Program-made: the position numbers and the translations under genes
Part shown: piece after piece, positions 1 to 12,771 of the stretch
Layout of the letters: the number at the start of each line of letters is the position of its first letter
How positions within the stretch are numbered: position 1 is the first letter of the stretch
The notes under the pieces: generated by a model
The model's input: the letters and a program-made list of their open reading frames with translations, nothing else
What the model was told of the DNA's origin: nothing
Database searches by the model: none
Assembly: GCA_001179505.1 (NCBI GenBank)
Contig: CDMY01000462.1
Span: forward strand, 1 to 64,000
DNA: 64,000 nucleotides
Origin: Vitrella brassicaformis CCMP3155
Taxonomy: Eukaryota > Protista > Chromerida
Direction of reading: 5' to 3'

Positions 1-1463
1 GGATCTGCGCCGCCCACTGCTTGATGTTCTGCAGGTGCTGTATGCCAGCCAGCCCGAGGAAAGCATCGGCGTCGATGCCGAACACGTCGAGGGCCCAGCG
101 GAACAGCTTCGGGTTGGTGTTGCCCATGGCCATCCGGACGTCAGCCGCCGTGATGCCCCTCCGCTGCTGGTGGGCCCGCACGACGATGTCGACCATACGA
201 CGCGCATCGTCCAGCCCACACTGAGTCGACGGATCATACCTGGGTGACACCACGGTTGGGTGGATGACCACACCCGCCCATCGGTGTTTGCGCCTACTTG
301 GTGAATCGTCCGTAGAGTGTGCTGTTTTCGCCGTCCGGCAGCGACTTGGCCGCCGCCTGCGTCATAGTCACCGTAACGCCGCGGGTCTGCTGGACAATCG
401 ACAACAACTGAAACAACACGCCACCACACGACGGCGGAAGGATGCAGCGATGCACCATGGCATTTAACCTCTCTCGTGTCTGTACCCACCTGATCATCCT
501 CTACGTCGCCCGTCTTGAGCATGGGCTCGATGGCGTCCAAGCGGGCCATCTCGGCCGCCTTCTCGTGATCTATTCCCTCCAACTCCCCCAGCAGATTCTT
601 CCCCATACCCACCACACCGCCACCGGCACCGCTATCGTCACCGATGTCGTCCATAATGCCACCGTCCCCCGCGCCGCCGGCCCGGGGCCGCTTGGTCGAC
701 GGGTTGTTCACCAGCCGGCCAAACCAGTAGCTGACGCACACAAATCGCCGCACACTTCGACAAACAGTGCCCATCTTGGCTCGGCACTGCGTCTGCCTGC
801 CTCACCTGTACGCCAGGTCACTTTGGTTGGACTCGTGTAGGGTGATGGCATCGATCTCTCCACGCTCGTAGCCCTGCAACTGCTCTACCATCCTAAACCA
901 CACCAAACCACGTCCACACACAGCGGCAGAACACATGAGTCAGTGACGCATCCCGTCGCTCTCCTCCTCTTTGCTTACATGCTGAACACAGGAGGGTACA
1001 CGGGAAGGAATATGCGACCCTCCGAGTCGCGCAGCACGGCCCTGTCGAAGCGGCCGTCGAACAGGGTGGCCATCACGGTGCCCTTGGCCGCACAGAGGGC
1101 CGACCGCTTCACACCGCGAAGAAGCTCCCCGCTCACGTTGATGTCGATCTTGTCGTCCATCCTCTCTGCCGGCAGCTGCGTGACGTCTGCAGTGCCGCCC
1201 ATCGCTGTGACCCTCTCGCTGATCTCTCTGTCGATTTTGTCAGCCTCCTCGATGATGAGGGCCGCCTGCTGTCGGACTGCGGCGAGCTGAGAGGGGAGGC
1301 CGCCGCCATCGCCACCATCTGGCGACGGCGAGGGCTCTTTGCGCTTGTATCCGCCGCTCATGTGCTCATCCACCGGAGAGCCGCCAGCGGCTGGGAAGAC
1401 CGATGGGATAGGTTGTCCATGCGGTTGATATGGTCGGTGTGACGGTGTGTAGTCTCCGCCCAT
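1..1463 (-). CDS. BTB/POZ (KCTD/potassium-channel tetramerisation type) domain protein, multi-exon, 3' end runs off the window
   Basis: Exon 1 (1463-~977) encodes IDINVSGELLRGVKRSALCAAKGTVMATLFDGRFDRAVLRDSEGRIFLPVYPPVF, a KCTD-type BTB pattern, and ends at a GTAAG donor. Further exons at ~893-806, ~732-490 (GMGKNLLGELEGIDHEKAAEMARLDAIEPMLKTGDVEDDQ) and ~224-1. Confidence 0.8.
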
Positions 1464-3749
1464 CTGTTGTCGGTTGCTTTGTTTCGGTTGTTGCCTTCGT
1501 GTTGGACTTGTAGATCAGGTGTTTTCATTCCACGCCGCCTGAGCCTGAAATAACGTCTCAGAGATCTGTTTCAAGCTCGCAATGACGGCTAAGCTCGCAG
1601 GCGAAGCAAGTTCTGGGAAGGGAAGGATGAGAAGGGGGGAGGACAGGCACGACAATGCATTCGTGGCTGTGTTCCTTCTTCTTTACTCTGTCATGCAGGT
1701 CGTCTTGAGCGTGTGATAGACGCCTCCCCCGAGGCCAGATACGTTCATACGGTGCATGACTCGCTTCCTACCCCTTGACGGGCCCACACATCAGGCGCAG
1801 CGATGGACGCATCGATGGGCTCATACAGGTCCGTAGTGAGTGCGCATAATGAGTTGGGGCTGTCATTCAGTCATTGGGATGGTCCTTCCATATGGATGTC
1901 ACATCTTCAGGTTCATGGGGACGGCAAAAGGCCTCGCCAGGATGAGACAAACGCATTCCATTCAACGTCATCCGTCATGGTATGCTCAGGACAGCCGTGC
2001 ACGTCATGTGATGACTTCTGTGATCGCCTGTGTATCGGGCAGTCAGTGCGTGAAGACTGATGGTTCTGTCCCGTGTCGGCCGATGTCAACAAGTCAACAC
2101 ACAGGAGGCACAATGGACGAGTAACCAAGCATGACATACACAAGCCGAACATACAGACATCTACCTCTCTCTACCTCTCTCTCTTTGTCTGTGTCAGGAG
2201 AGGTGCGGCCCATGCGAGTGGTGTTCACAAGACAGTCGTCATCGCCCCAATGTGGCTTCTGGTCGGTGTGACCCTATCGACTGCGCCAACGTGGGCACAA
2301 ACGCATGGATACATGTGACACTTGCCAGCCAGTATTCGCTTCATTCCATTTTCCATCTTTTCAGTGCAGGGCACATGGGTACATATATACATGAGAGGGA
2401 AACCCACCGATGTCGCTGCTTTCCCGTAAGCAACATGACACGCACGTGACCCGTTCGCCGAATAGCCAGAGGCCGCTTTGTCTCTTGTCTGAGTGTCAGG
2501 AGTCCTTGTGTAGAGGGAGTGATCTGTTATCGAATATGGGGAGCGCCTGTCGGTCCGTGTGGCTTCTTCCTGGCGCCTTGTGATTGATCGATGTTACCCA
2601 ATCGATTGAGCCACTGTAGCCTCACGACAATGGGTACAGACACAAGTGGGGCTCGGCAGCCAGTCTTCACTGACTTACATCTCACCTTTCGTGCAGGGCA
2701 TATGGGTAGTCACATGAGGGAGAGAAGGGCGTGGATGTCACTGCTCTCACTGCTCTTCTGTCGTGGCTTTGGTGGCTAATCTATCTGCCTGGCGCCGGCC
2801 ATGCCATCGCTGTGTGCCAGGTGTTGAGTAGGCAGGATCGGTGCATGTGTGTCTGGGCTGTTGATGTCAGTGAGGCGATCCCATTTTCGAGGTCATTCCA
2901 TGAAGCTTGAAGGCATCCACTCAGTGCCGATGAAGGTGAATGTCATCTCAACATACACACACTCACGCAAACCATGACGTTTCTCTCATCGTCGCTCTGC
3001 AAAGGTCAACAAGAAATCGAGCTGTTCCGGTCCACAATGGCTGGCTGGTCGAGTGCTTTGAGTCTAGCTGAGGATCCACTAGAGGGCAATTGAAGAACCT
3101 CTGCACCCAGACAGGCGCATCTCGACGTCAAAAGTGAAAAAAATTCCATCAAAGTGAGCGGATTTCACGCGATCTGACCTCATCTGCGGCAGCAGCATTC
3201 CTCTCTCCCTCTCTCTGCCTCTAATGGCCTCCTATCGTCCGCAGAAAACGAAATTAAATGCGGCGAGAATTTTGCTTGCGAGCCGAGACGGAGACAGAAG
3301 ATTTACGAGACGGCGGGCCGTTTTTCACATTTTCCGTCCCAGTTCGGCTTTGCAGCCTTGTTTCGGCCACATCTCCTCCGTTTCTTGTCCTTTTCGGCTG
3401 GTTGCTGGCTTGTGTTGTCCGCCTCATCCCCCTCTACCCGTGTCAGCTCGTCCGGATGTCATCCGCCACTTTTTTCCTCCACCGCCGTGCCCCGGGCGAG
3501 GCCTTGTTTGGTGGCGCCCTGCCTTCTGCTGAGCGGCTGGCGACTCCCTGGCGCCTGCAGAGTGCGCACGCGCCTTCGTTTCGCCCAAACCGACCTCCAC
3601 CAGGTGAGTACATATGAGTGTGGCCTCGTGTGTCATGTCTGTTGGGTGTGGTGATGGTGTGGTGTGTGGATGATGTGTAGCGATGAATGCATGGTACATT
3701 CCGTTGCCATGGGTGTGCTCAGATGCCTCCCCTTGTCATGTCTGTGTGT

Positions 3750-6700
3750 GCAGATGGGCTGGTTGTTTATTCTTTTCATTCCTGTCTCATTTTCTCGACG
3801 CATTTCTCTGTTATATTCGATCGGCCGATGACGACCCCTTCGAACCGCACTGCCTTGCCCGAAATGATCTGCAAAGGGTATGTGGGCTGTCGAAATATAC
3901 TGTACCGATCAAATCCCGTGTACGTGTCTCGTGTCTGTGTGTGCAGATGGATCGCCGTCTCCCTCTTACATCTCTGAGGCGCCTACGAAATCATCCGTTT
4001 AGTCTGCCCCCGGCGGCCCCCGAAGGGAAGACCGCATAGACACCATGGGCGAACACGGTCATCTTCTGTGTACTGTCGCCCCAGGCAAACATACAAGTGT
4101 GTCGGCAAGAAGGGTTTCAAGAGAAGAGTGTTACTTGTCGGATCTGAATGCGGATGGGTGGTTTTGTGTTTATGTTGATTCGGTTGGCGCGTGTCAGGGC
4201 GGTTCCGTTTACGAACACCCAGCCGTCGACAAGGAGGCAGCCCCAGGGACGACACCGATCGTCCTGCTCTTCCGCCCTGGCCATTTTGAGCTCCTATACG
4301 CATCGTAAACAGAACTCACACACATACACACACACACATGCAGAGAGAGAGAGAGAGAGACCGCAGAGACACAGACAGATGTATGTGTATGCTAGTGTGT
4401 GTGTGTGTGTGTGTACAGGAGTAACTCTCGTCGTTACCCGAGGTACCGGTCCTCGACGCCACCTGCAGCCGCCGCCGGAAGGCAACTGAGCTGCGCGCCA
4501 AGGTGGGTGGGCCACACAACCAGCCAGCATGCTCGTGTGTGTTATGCGGTCATGTGTCTATCTCTCCCTCCCTCCCTCCCTCCCTGGCAGGACAGAGCGC
4601 GAGGGCACCCCGTCTGTCGAGTCTGAGGTCCGTCAGCGCATCCCCCACCCCTCCTTCACACACACACATCAACCACATGGATGGATCTCTTTCTTGTGTG
4701 TGTGTGTGTGTGTGTGTGTGCAGAAGTGCGTTGTCGATGCCGCTTCTTCAGCTTCTTCGGACAAGTCCACCACCGCATCTGCTGAGCCCAACACGGTTCA
4801 TCAGCGCACCCACCCCTCCCCCACACGCACATCGGCAACCGTATGCCCACACACCGAGATGCACAAGCACGGTGTGAGAACATGACGAGATCGACATGTG
4901 AAAGTCATCTTTTTGTGCGTCTGTACTCGCAGATCGAAATGTTGTCTACGTTTTATATTCGTCGGCATATATCCGCTTCTTCGCAGTCATGTCTCCGTCA
5001 ATGGGAAAGACATACATACAATACACTTCTCCGCTCTTCTCTCTGTGGATGGGTGATTTGCAGATCGCTGGCTGCATTTATATTCGATCGGCCGATGCCT
5101 TTTGCACATCAAAAGTGAGCTGTCGAAGTATACTATGCTCACCAAGTCGTGTGTACGTGTCTCGTGTCTGTGTGCAGATGGATCGCCGTCTCCATCTTAC
5201 ATCTCCGATGCCCCTGCTTACTGAATCATCCACGCCTGCCCCCGGCGGCCCCACAGGTACGTAAGTGAGGGAGACACAAAAGAGGTGATAATCACGATTT
5301 GCTCATGTCTCTCCTCTTTCGTCTATCTGTCTACGCATATTTGGCCTCTTTGGCGGCCCCCGCTACCCCACTGGCCAGCCCACGGCCTCCACTCGCAGCG
5401 TTGATGACGCTGCCAGATGGAGGCAGCGATAAGGTACGCCTGCCCGACAGGATGTGGGTACTCTCATCTGGCAGCGTCATCAACGCTGTGAGTGGAGGCC
5501 GTGGGCTGGCCAGTGGGGTAGCGGGTCAGATTGAGGAGGCGTCTCTCGGGGCCGCCAGAGACGCGTTACTCGAGTCGGTAGGGGGGAGAGGGAAGGCGGG
5601 CCAATGGCTCCCAACAGCCTCTACTGCCCTGTCTGTCAGGAGCTGTTGCGTGTGTGCCGGGAGAAGTCTGAGATCAACAAGGTAAGATCATCGACCTAAA
5701 CACATGCCAATCTGAGATGCCGGGCGGTGTGTGCGCAGGAGCTGACATCCGTAAAGGATGACAACAAGAAGCTGCTGGACAAGCTTCAAGTGTTGTCAGG
5801 ATTGCACCTTCAGCCAAGTACGCCTCACAGTTGGCTGCCACCAATGCTGCCACACTGACGAATAGCATCCGCACGGCATTCCATGGAGTGGCGCTCTCCT
5901 TTGCTTTTCAGTAGGTCCATCACACTCAAGTTCATTGCCGACACATCACAGCCGCCATCACCATGTACTGTACACCGAGGTTGGTGTGGTGCCGGATGCC
6001 TTCAGCGGCGTTAGAGGAGCACCCTGATGACGAGGTCAAGTACCTGTCAGGTGAGTGAGTGATCCTGCTTAGTGCACAATGGAGATGGATCGACGCTTTG
6101 GGCTACGCCGTTCGGATGTCTTTTGGTCGATGACCTGCCCACATACCTGTTTGTGTTGTGTGTGTGAGTGCAGGAGAAGTGCGGTCCAAACGAATCACCC
6201 ACATAAACAGCTGCACAGGTATGTCTTGTACACCGGAGCAAACAGCCATATGATGGACCGATTTGTCCTTTCCATCGGTGTGTATGTGTGTGTGTGTTGC
6301 TTAGGCCTACATCCCATTTTGAGATGGTGGACAGCTTCCTCAAGCTCGTTGCGGCAGGCGGCATCTCACCATGAGGGATGTGCGCTTTCTGCATGACAAA
6401 AGAACCATGCATTCTTCTTTCCTGCAGGTGTTGTTGTGTGCAGGTATAATTTGCTGCGTACATTTTATATTTTGACCTCTATCGCCTTCCATTGCATGGT
6501 GTGTTTAAAAGGAAAAGAGTATTGAAATTGCCGCTTGATTCCCGAGATCGGAGGACAACGAGGAGGGAGGGAGGGAGACGGCATCACGGCATCCATTTTA
6601 TATTCGAAAGAAAAGAGAGACCAGCACATCGCTGCCACTTGCTACAAGTATATCGATGAAGCTCTCGTCGTCCTGCTGCTGTGCATGGATCGCATTTCCC

Positions 6701-6800
6701 GACGGCCCCACAGGTACGTAAGTAAGGGAGAAAAAAGAGAATCATGAACGCTCATGTCTCCTCTGTTTGTTTCCGTATGCTTGGCCGCCTCGGCGGCCAT
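3750..6800 (+). repeat. Dispersed degenerate exon/intron cassette repeated 3-4 times
   Basis: TTATATTCGATCGGCCGATG at 3811 and 5078. GTGTACGTGTCTCGTGTCTGTGTG..CAGATGGATCGCCGTCTCC at ~3918 and ~5151. CGGCCCCACAGGTACGTAAGT at 5246 and 6703. Confidence 0.8.
4045..4308 (+). pseudogene. Otubain/OTU (peptidase C65)-like C-terminal fragment, probably a relic
   Basis: The last exon reads GGSVYEHPAVDKEAAPGTTPIVLLFRPGHFELLYAS*, close to the otubain C-terminus (LLYRPGHYDILY with the catalytic His). No intact upstream catalytic-Cys exon could be assembled. Confidence 0.45.
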
Positions 6801-6808
6801 GTAGATAT

Positions 6809-7218
6809 ATACCTGTGGCTGTCGCCACACACGGCATATCGGCGACCAAGAAGCGAGCTGCACTGATGATGATCGAGAAGCGGACAATGAGGAGGGAGGG
6901 AGACAGCATACTCACGGCATCCATTCATCCATCAGCTGCTCGGCTGAAGATACCTGTGGCTGTCGCCACACACACACGGCATATCGGCGACCAAGAAGCG
7001 AGCGGCACTGGTGATGATCAAGAAGCGGACAAGGAGGGAGGGAGGGAGACGGCATCACGGCATCCATCCATCCATCCATCCATCAGCTGCTGACTGAAGA
7101 TACCTGTGGCTGTCGCCACACACACACGGCATATCGGCGACCAAGAAGCGAGCGACACTGATGATGATCAAGAAGCGGACAACGAGGAGGGAGGGAGACG
7201 GCATCACGGCATCCATCC
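6809..7218 (+). repeat. Three tandem copies of a ~141-150 bp unit
   Basis: ATACCTGTGGCTGTCGCCACACAC..GGCATATCGGCGACCAAGAAGCGAGC starts at ~6809, 6950 and 7100. A partial unit end also occurs at ~6550-6598. Confidence 0.9.
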
Positions 7219-7242
7219 CTCCTCGTGCCGATGGCTATTTCA

Positions 7243-7460
7243 GGCAGCTGCGTGACGTCTGCAGTGCCGCCCATCGCTGTGACTTTCTCGCTGATCTCTC
7301 TCTCAATCTTGTTGGCCTCCTCGACGATGATAAGGGCCGCCTGCGGCGAGCTGAGAGGCCAGGTCGCCGCCATCGCCATCGCCATCATCTGCCGACGGCG
7401 AGGGCTCTTTGCGCTTGTTGCCGCCGCTCATGTGCTCATCCACCAAAGAGCCGCCAGCAG
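7243..7460 (-). pseudogene. Truncated, frameshifted paralogue of the 5' part of the BTB gene at 975-1463
   Basis: 7243-7455 aligns closely to 1171-1393 (EREISEKVTAMGGTADVTQLP vs DREISERVTAMGGTADVTQLP) with small indels. The BTB-coding part is absent and the tandem repeat sits in its place. Confidence 0.8.
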
Positions 7461-8189
7461 CTGCAGCCGCGGCACTCATCGAGGCGACAAATGAGCGCGA
7501 TTTAAGGTTTGGTTACTGTTTGGTTTGCCTCACTCAGACCGTTTCACGATACCCACAACTGCAGTTGCTTCTGTGCGTGAATGGACACATGCATAAATGA
7601 ATCAGAGCATTCAGGAGCTGTGTAGCTGTCGGCTGTGTCGTACCCGATATCTGATGCTTACTTATTCATTCTGCAGTGAATGCGTCTGTCGGTCTGTCGG
7701 TCGCATGCGTAAAGCTCGTTCGTTAACACACGAGGACGGGACAACACGCAGGGGCAAAAAGGGACGGCGCCAGTCAGTCGGCGGGTCAGTCAGTGAGTCA
7801 GTCAGTGAGCCTCTCTGCTACAAGGAAGCTACGCTCGACAACCAGACAGCAACCCGACCCAACGCCAGCACTCACGGAGGGAAAAATCCTCGCCCGTGTG
7901 CATGCACCCGTCCTAACAATCGACAGACACTTGACAGACAAGAAGCGATACCAGCTCAGACAGACAACGACCAACACACGTCAAAGAGGGGGAGAGAGAG
8001 AGACAGACAGACAGGCGAGTACTCAGTCAGTCAGTCAGTGCGCTCCGAACCGGACAGAGTCATTTAGGAGGGAAATAAACCGCACGATCCGATCTCTCCC
8101 CAGAAGCAGCAAGAAAACGAGTGTCTCTCTCTGTGTGTGGGCATGTCAATGATGTCTCTCATGTATCCGTACGTTTGTACGTGTTCAGT

Positions 8190-8245
8190 ACCATTGAGGG
8201 AGGGGAACCACACGACAACCATTGAGGGAGGGGAACCACACGACA
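8190..8245. repeat. 28-bp direct tandem duplication followed by (CACGA)n-like microsatellite
   Basis: ACCATTGAGGGAGGGGAACCACACGACA at 8190 and 8218. Confidence 0.85.
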
Positions 8246-9046
8246 CGACACGATACAATACGACACGACACGACGAGGCAGACAGAGGGGGGCGGGGCCC
8301 CTCTGTGCTTTTTCTTCTTCCCCCGCAAAACCGACACCGCACCGCAACTCTGACGTATGAATGAGCCCCTTTCCCATATCCCTCAGTGAGCCGTCAGGTG
8401 AAAAAGGCTGCTGACGGCCCACACTCCCTGGCCTGGTGGCTCACAGATGTATGCCCACCCCAACCAACACACGTAGGGTGCCTGCATCGGTGTAAGCACC
8501 CACTTCTGTCCGGCCGCATCAGAGATCCATCGGACGTCCGCATGTCTGACAGCATCAAGATATGCACTCAGCCAACATGATGACGTCAGCTGTGCACATC
8601 TCGGTGCAGCGCGACATGGAGACATCCCATCATGAGATCTCACAACAACACAAGGTACACAATGGGGCTGCGGCCTGCCTGTCTGTCTGCGTGCAGTGAG
8701 CATTGCCACGGGCTCGATGACACATCAATCCTCCTTTTCTATGAGGTGGACGGTGCGTCACCGCCACTCTGGCAGGGCCCTCCGGCACACCAACAGACGA
8801 CCGCCTTGTCACACACACACACCACACACAGCACTCGCTTCACCGCACAGTGTGAAAAATTATAGGCATGATCAGGAATCAAGAAGGGGCGTGGCCACGC
8901 CCGGCGAATGGCTGACGCCCGCAAACAAGAGAGACAAGAAACTCAGTCACGCGCCCCAAGACCCACCCACGCACCCCTTCCACCGCATCAACACAGAAAC
9001 AAAACGCACCACACGCCCCTGGCCCCTTCCCTCCCTCCCTGCCAGT

Positions 9047-12000
9047 CTAGCCCTTTTCCTCCTTCTTGACGAAGGGCAGCGGCATCTGCTGCAGGGCGCT
9101 GGGGTTGTCGAGGTTGCGCAGCACCGCCGACACGGCCGAGAGGGTCGACTCGAGCACCTCCAGACGCTTGCACTGCAGAGAGGGGTCGGCCGCTGCTCCT
9201 GCTGCTGCTGCTGGTGCTGATGCTGCTGATGTGGCAAATGGCGCTGTGGGAGTGGGGGTGGTGGTATCGGGACGGGAGACCTGCTTGGACAGCCACCCGC
9301 AAAAGTCATCCTGAACATACGCAGCGACGAAACACTCCTTCTAATGCCTTTCTCCTTTGTCTTGAGTGGGCTCTATCTGTCTGTCTGTCTTATCACTGAC
9401 CAAGAAGTCAGATCTCTGCTGGCCGACGTCGCCCCCACCCCCAGGAACGGCAGATGCAGCAACGCTGCTGCTTGACGTCGCCTTTTGCGGCGGCCCGTCC
9501 ACCGGATACCCTCCCACAATGGTCGACCCGACTCGCGCATCTCTCGGCTGCGAGTAGCTGAAAGGTGGCGCGCTGGTCGGCAGCATGAACGGCGCAGGGG
9601 CGCGGTCAGCCGATGACGCCTTCCTCGCCCCCTGCTGGTCCAGCAGCACCGTCTCGTCGTCGAGCTCCTCGATCTCGACATTGCCAGAGTTGCGGCTCTC
9701 TGTCTGGAGGTCCGGGCTGCCGGCCTCGCCGCCCAACAGGCCGTCGAAAGGCGCGTCGGCCCCGCCCCCGAAGAGACTCATGGTGGGCGGCCCCACCCCG
9801 TCGGCCCCGTTGGTGTCGTCGTTGCTCTTGATGAACCCCTCCGCCACGTGGATCATGTCCTCGGTGTCGGCATTGAGGAAGGGCGGAGAGGGAGATGGCG
9901 CGCGGAGGCCGGGCGCGGGCGTGTGGGTGTGGGGGTGGGGGAAGAGGCTGCTGGGTGCGGGGTGCGGGTGGGGGGGAGGGGGAGGGGCGAAGGGGGCCAC
10001 TGATGGGAAATGTGGGGGATGGGGTTGGGGGTTAGTGAAGGCGTCCATGGTCGAGTAGGACGGCTCTGTGGGCGATTCCTGACGCATTGGCGGCATTGGC
10101 GGCGGCGGTGTGTCGTAGCCTGCCTTCTTGATGGACTCGCGCAGCATTTGGATCTCCAGATTCTGATCAACACGACACAGCAGAGCTTTTGGCGGTTGCT
10201 TCCCTGCATGTCTAGAGAGTCACCTTGAGATGGAGCTCTTTCTCTTTGGCCTCCAGCAGCTGCTCCTTCTCGTGCAGCGACGCACTGATCGATGCCGACA
10301 AACACACAAACAAACGAGCCACTTGCTGTGCCATATGTCATATGCCGCTGTATCGTCTTCTCTTCTTTCTCACCGGAGCGGCCCGATGGCCTCGAGCGCC
10401 TCCTTTCTCCGCCGCTGCTCGCGACGAGACAACTCACGGTTCCGACGAATGCTGACAGGTACACGCACGACATCAGCATTCGTGTCGGTTGCTGTGTGTG
10501 TGGGCGTAGGGGAGGGTGGGGTGACCTACCGAATGCACGCTCTGCAGTCGCACTCCTCTGACCCGTTGTGCGGGCACTTGCGGCTGCTGCCCCCGCCACC
10601 ACCCCCGCCACCACCACCGCTCCGACGGCGCTTGGACGAGTCGTCCAGAGAGATGTCCTGTGTGCACGTTGGTTGGGTACACGGAACGTACGTATGGGGT
10701 ACACAAGGCGTCGTTTCTGTGTGTGTGCGTGCGTGTGTGTGTGTGCGTGTCGCCCACCGGGATGTCGGCGACGGCGCGCTTCTTGGGCTTGATGAGAGGA
10801 GAACCTGGTAAGGACAATACACGGCGAGTGGATGGATGGATGGATGGAGTTCCTACACACACCGACACTGACCTGAGCACTGTCTGAGCCACTCGGCCAG
10901 CTGGCCGTGTGACGTCAACTTCTGCATAACGTGCCAAATCCTGTGACTGAGGCACACACACACACACACACATCCATCCATCCATCCGTCCGCACATTAG
11001 CCACCTCCTCACTCCCACTCACCTGTCGTTCTTGGCGATTTCTGGCCCTCCATAGAAGGCAAGCACGTGTGTGACGGTGTTGTCGCTGTAGCTGCGGATG
11101 GGCACGCCCAGCACCGTCGTGATGCCCAGTTTGGACGCCATCTTGAAACGCAGAAACGGCTTTCCATTCTGTTTGTTCAAAGGGGCATGGAGGAAGCACA
11201 ACGAAGTGAAGTCATCACACGGCCCGCTTTCGCTGAGTGGTGGGTGAGGTACCCTCTGACCTGGTGGCTCATCTGCAGGTTATCGGTGAACTCTGGCTGA
11301 CAGGTCGCCAACACACGGCCGGGCATGCCCTGATGGATGGATATATAAAGAGTGGATGAGTTAGGGGGATGGATGGCTGTATGCGTGTGTGGTGCTGTCT
11401 TGTCTTGTTCAGTCGCTGACCTCTCCCCGCTTGAAGACGAACCCGCTGCTCTCGAGCATCCACGACACCAACTCAGGACGAGTCTCATAGTGAAACCTGC
11501 AGGCAGCACCAACCAAAGCACGAGCTCTCTCTGCTCCCCCTCTGTGGGTTTGTGTATGTGTGTGGGGGGGTGGGGGGTGGGGGGGTGTCGCCTTACTCTC
11601 TGACGTAGTGGAGGTCGTCTTGTATAACCTGCCAGGTGTCCATCGACCAGAAGCCCCCCTCGTTGCCCGCCTCCTTGAGCAGCCGCTGAACTATCTCCTT
11701 TATCTGATCAACCATTTCCCACACACACCATTCCTTCAGGCTCTCTGTGTGTGTGCGTCTGTGTCTACTGCCTGTCTGTGTGTAGGTAGTACCTGCTCGG
11801 CATCGAACGAAACGGGCACAGACCTGCACACACACACGACACAGAGGCGCCACCTGTCTGTCTGCCAAGGCACTCCGATTCCTCATGTGTGTGAGTGTGG
11901 GTCGGTGTGTGCTGACTGACCTTGATATGGCTGTGGTGATGCTGCCGTCATACTGGCCGCCGCCCATGGGCTGTCCATACGGGTAGTTAGGCACCATGGC

Positions 12001-12543
12001 GTGGTGTTGCGACACGTGCGACGCATAAAACGACTCGTACAACTTCTCTACCGCCACTGCAGTGCACACACATCACCACAGACACACACAGACGTGTGTG
12101 GCAGCAAGCGACGAACCCTCGCACCACTCCCCCTCTCATCCGGCTTACTTGGCAGTGTGTCGCCGTATAAGTGAGGGGCATTGGTCTGATACAGAGCATC
12201 TCTGCACCACACACACCACACACAAACACACAAACACACACACGCAGAAGACAGGCAGACAGACCCCTTCTCGATAGTCTATCGTTCGTGTGTGCTCCAC
12301 ACATCCCTCGACGCACCTGAAGGCTTCAAAGGGAACATTGGCCGCCCCTCCGTGCACACCAGCAAGGCGCTCAAAAGCATCCTGAGCACACACAACACAC
12401 AAGGCACACACAAGAGAGAGCAATGCCTCGTCAGCCTTCTTCGACACAATCAGCCGAGACACCGCGCCGCAGCAGTGCCGTGCTGCCCGCAGTGAGCTCA
12501 CCTGTGCCAGAGCGGCCAGTCCGTTGTGCTGAGGTCCTGCCAT
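9047..12543 (-). CDS. GAF-domain protein with a Cys cluster and an atypical bZIP-like basic region/leucine zipper; putative transcription factor (~14 exons)
   Basis: Spliced GAF-like segment: WMLESSGFVFKRGE|GMPGRVLATCQPEFTDNLQMSHQ|NGKPFLRFKMASKLGITTVLGVPIRSYSDNTVTHVLAFY. Then RKCPHNGSEECDCRACI|RIRRNRELSRREQRRRKEALEAIGPL|RASLHEKEQLLEAKEKELHLK|NLEIQMLRESIK, a Pro-rich tail, and stop at 9047. All junctions used are GT-AG and in frame. Confidence 0.7.
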
Positions 12544-12771
12544 CGGCGAAAAACGCACCGGTGGCCTCCCAGCCTCCCAAGGGCAGCAACGAGACGCTCC
12601 ACACACCTCTCAGAGCGGAAAAAGGGAAAGCGAAGGAACCGAAGGGAAAGGGCGCGCACTAGGAACTTCGCGTTAGTGCTCCCCGAAACCGCTGCTGCGA
12701 CTGATCTGCGACGGCGTGCCGGACTGCCTCCCTCTCTGATCCATCATCCGCCCTCCTTCGCCGCACCGCTG

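Noticed and set aside
1690-3100. Additional gene between the BTB gene and 3.2 kb
   Set aside because: Scattered splice-like signals and short similar motifs exist, but I could not build a continuous reading frame or recognise a domain.
6809-7218. CRISPR-like array
   Set aside because: Units are ~150 bp and similar along their whole length, with no unique spacers and no cas genes; the context is eukaryotic.
8581-8588. CRE site TGACGTCA downstream of the bZIP-like gene (autoregulation)
   Set aside because: The same 8-mer occurs in exons and elsewhere (~10910, ~55777, ~56307), with no positional support.
9585-10860. Long overlapping ORFs on opposite strands (e.g. 9585-10058 +, 9853-10860 -, 34174-35010 +, 52338-53540 +)
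   Set aside because: They are antisense or alternate-frame shadows of GC-rich exons and microsatellite introns, and their translations are low-complexity.
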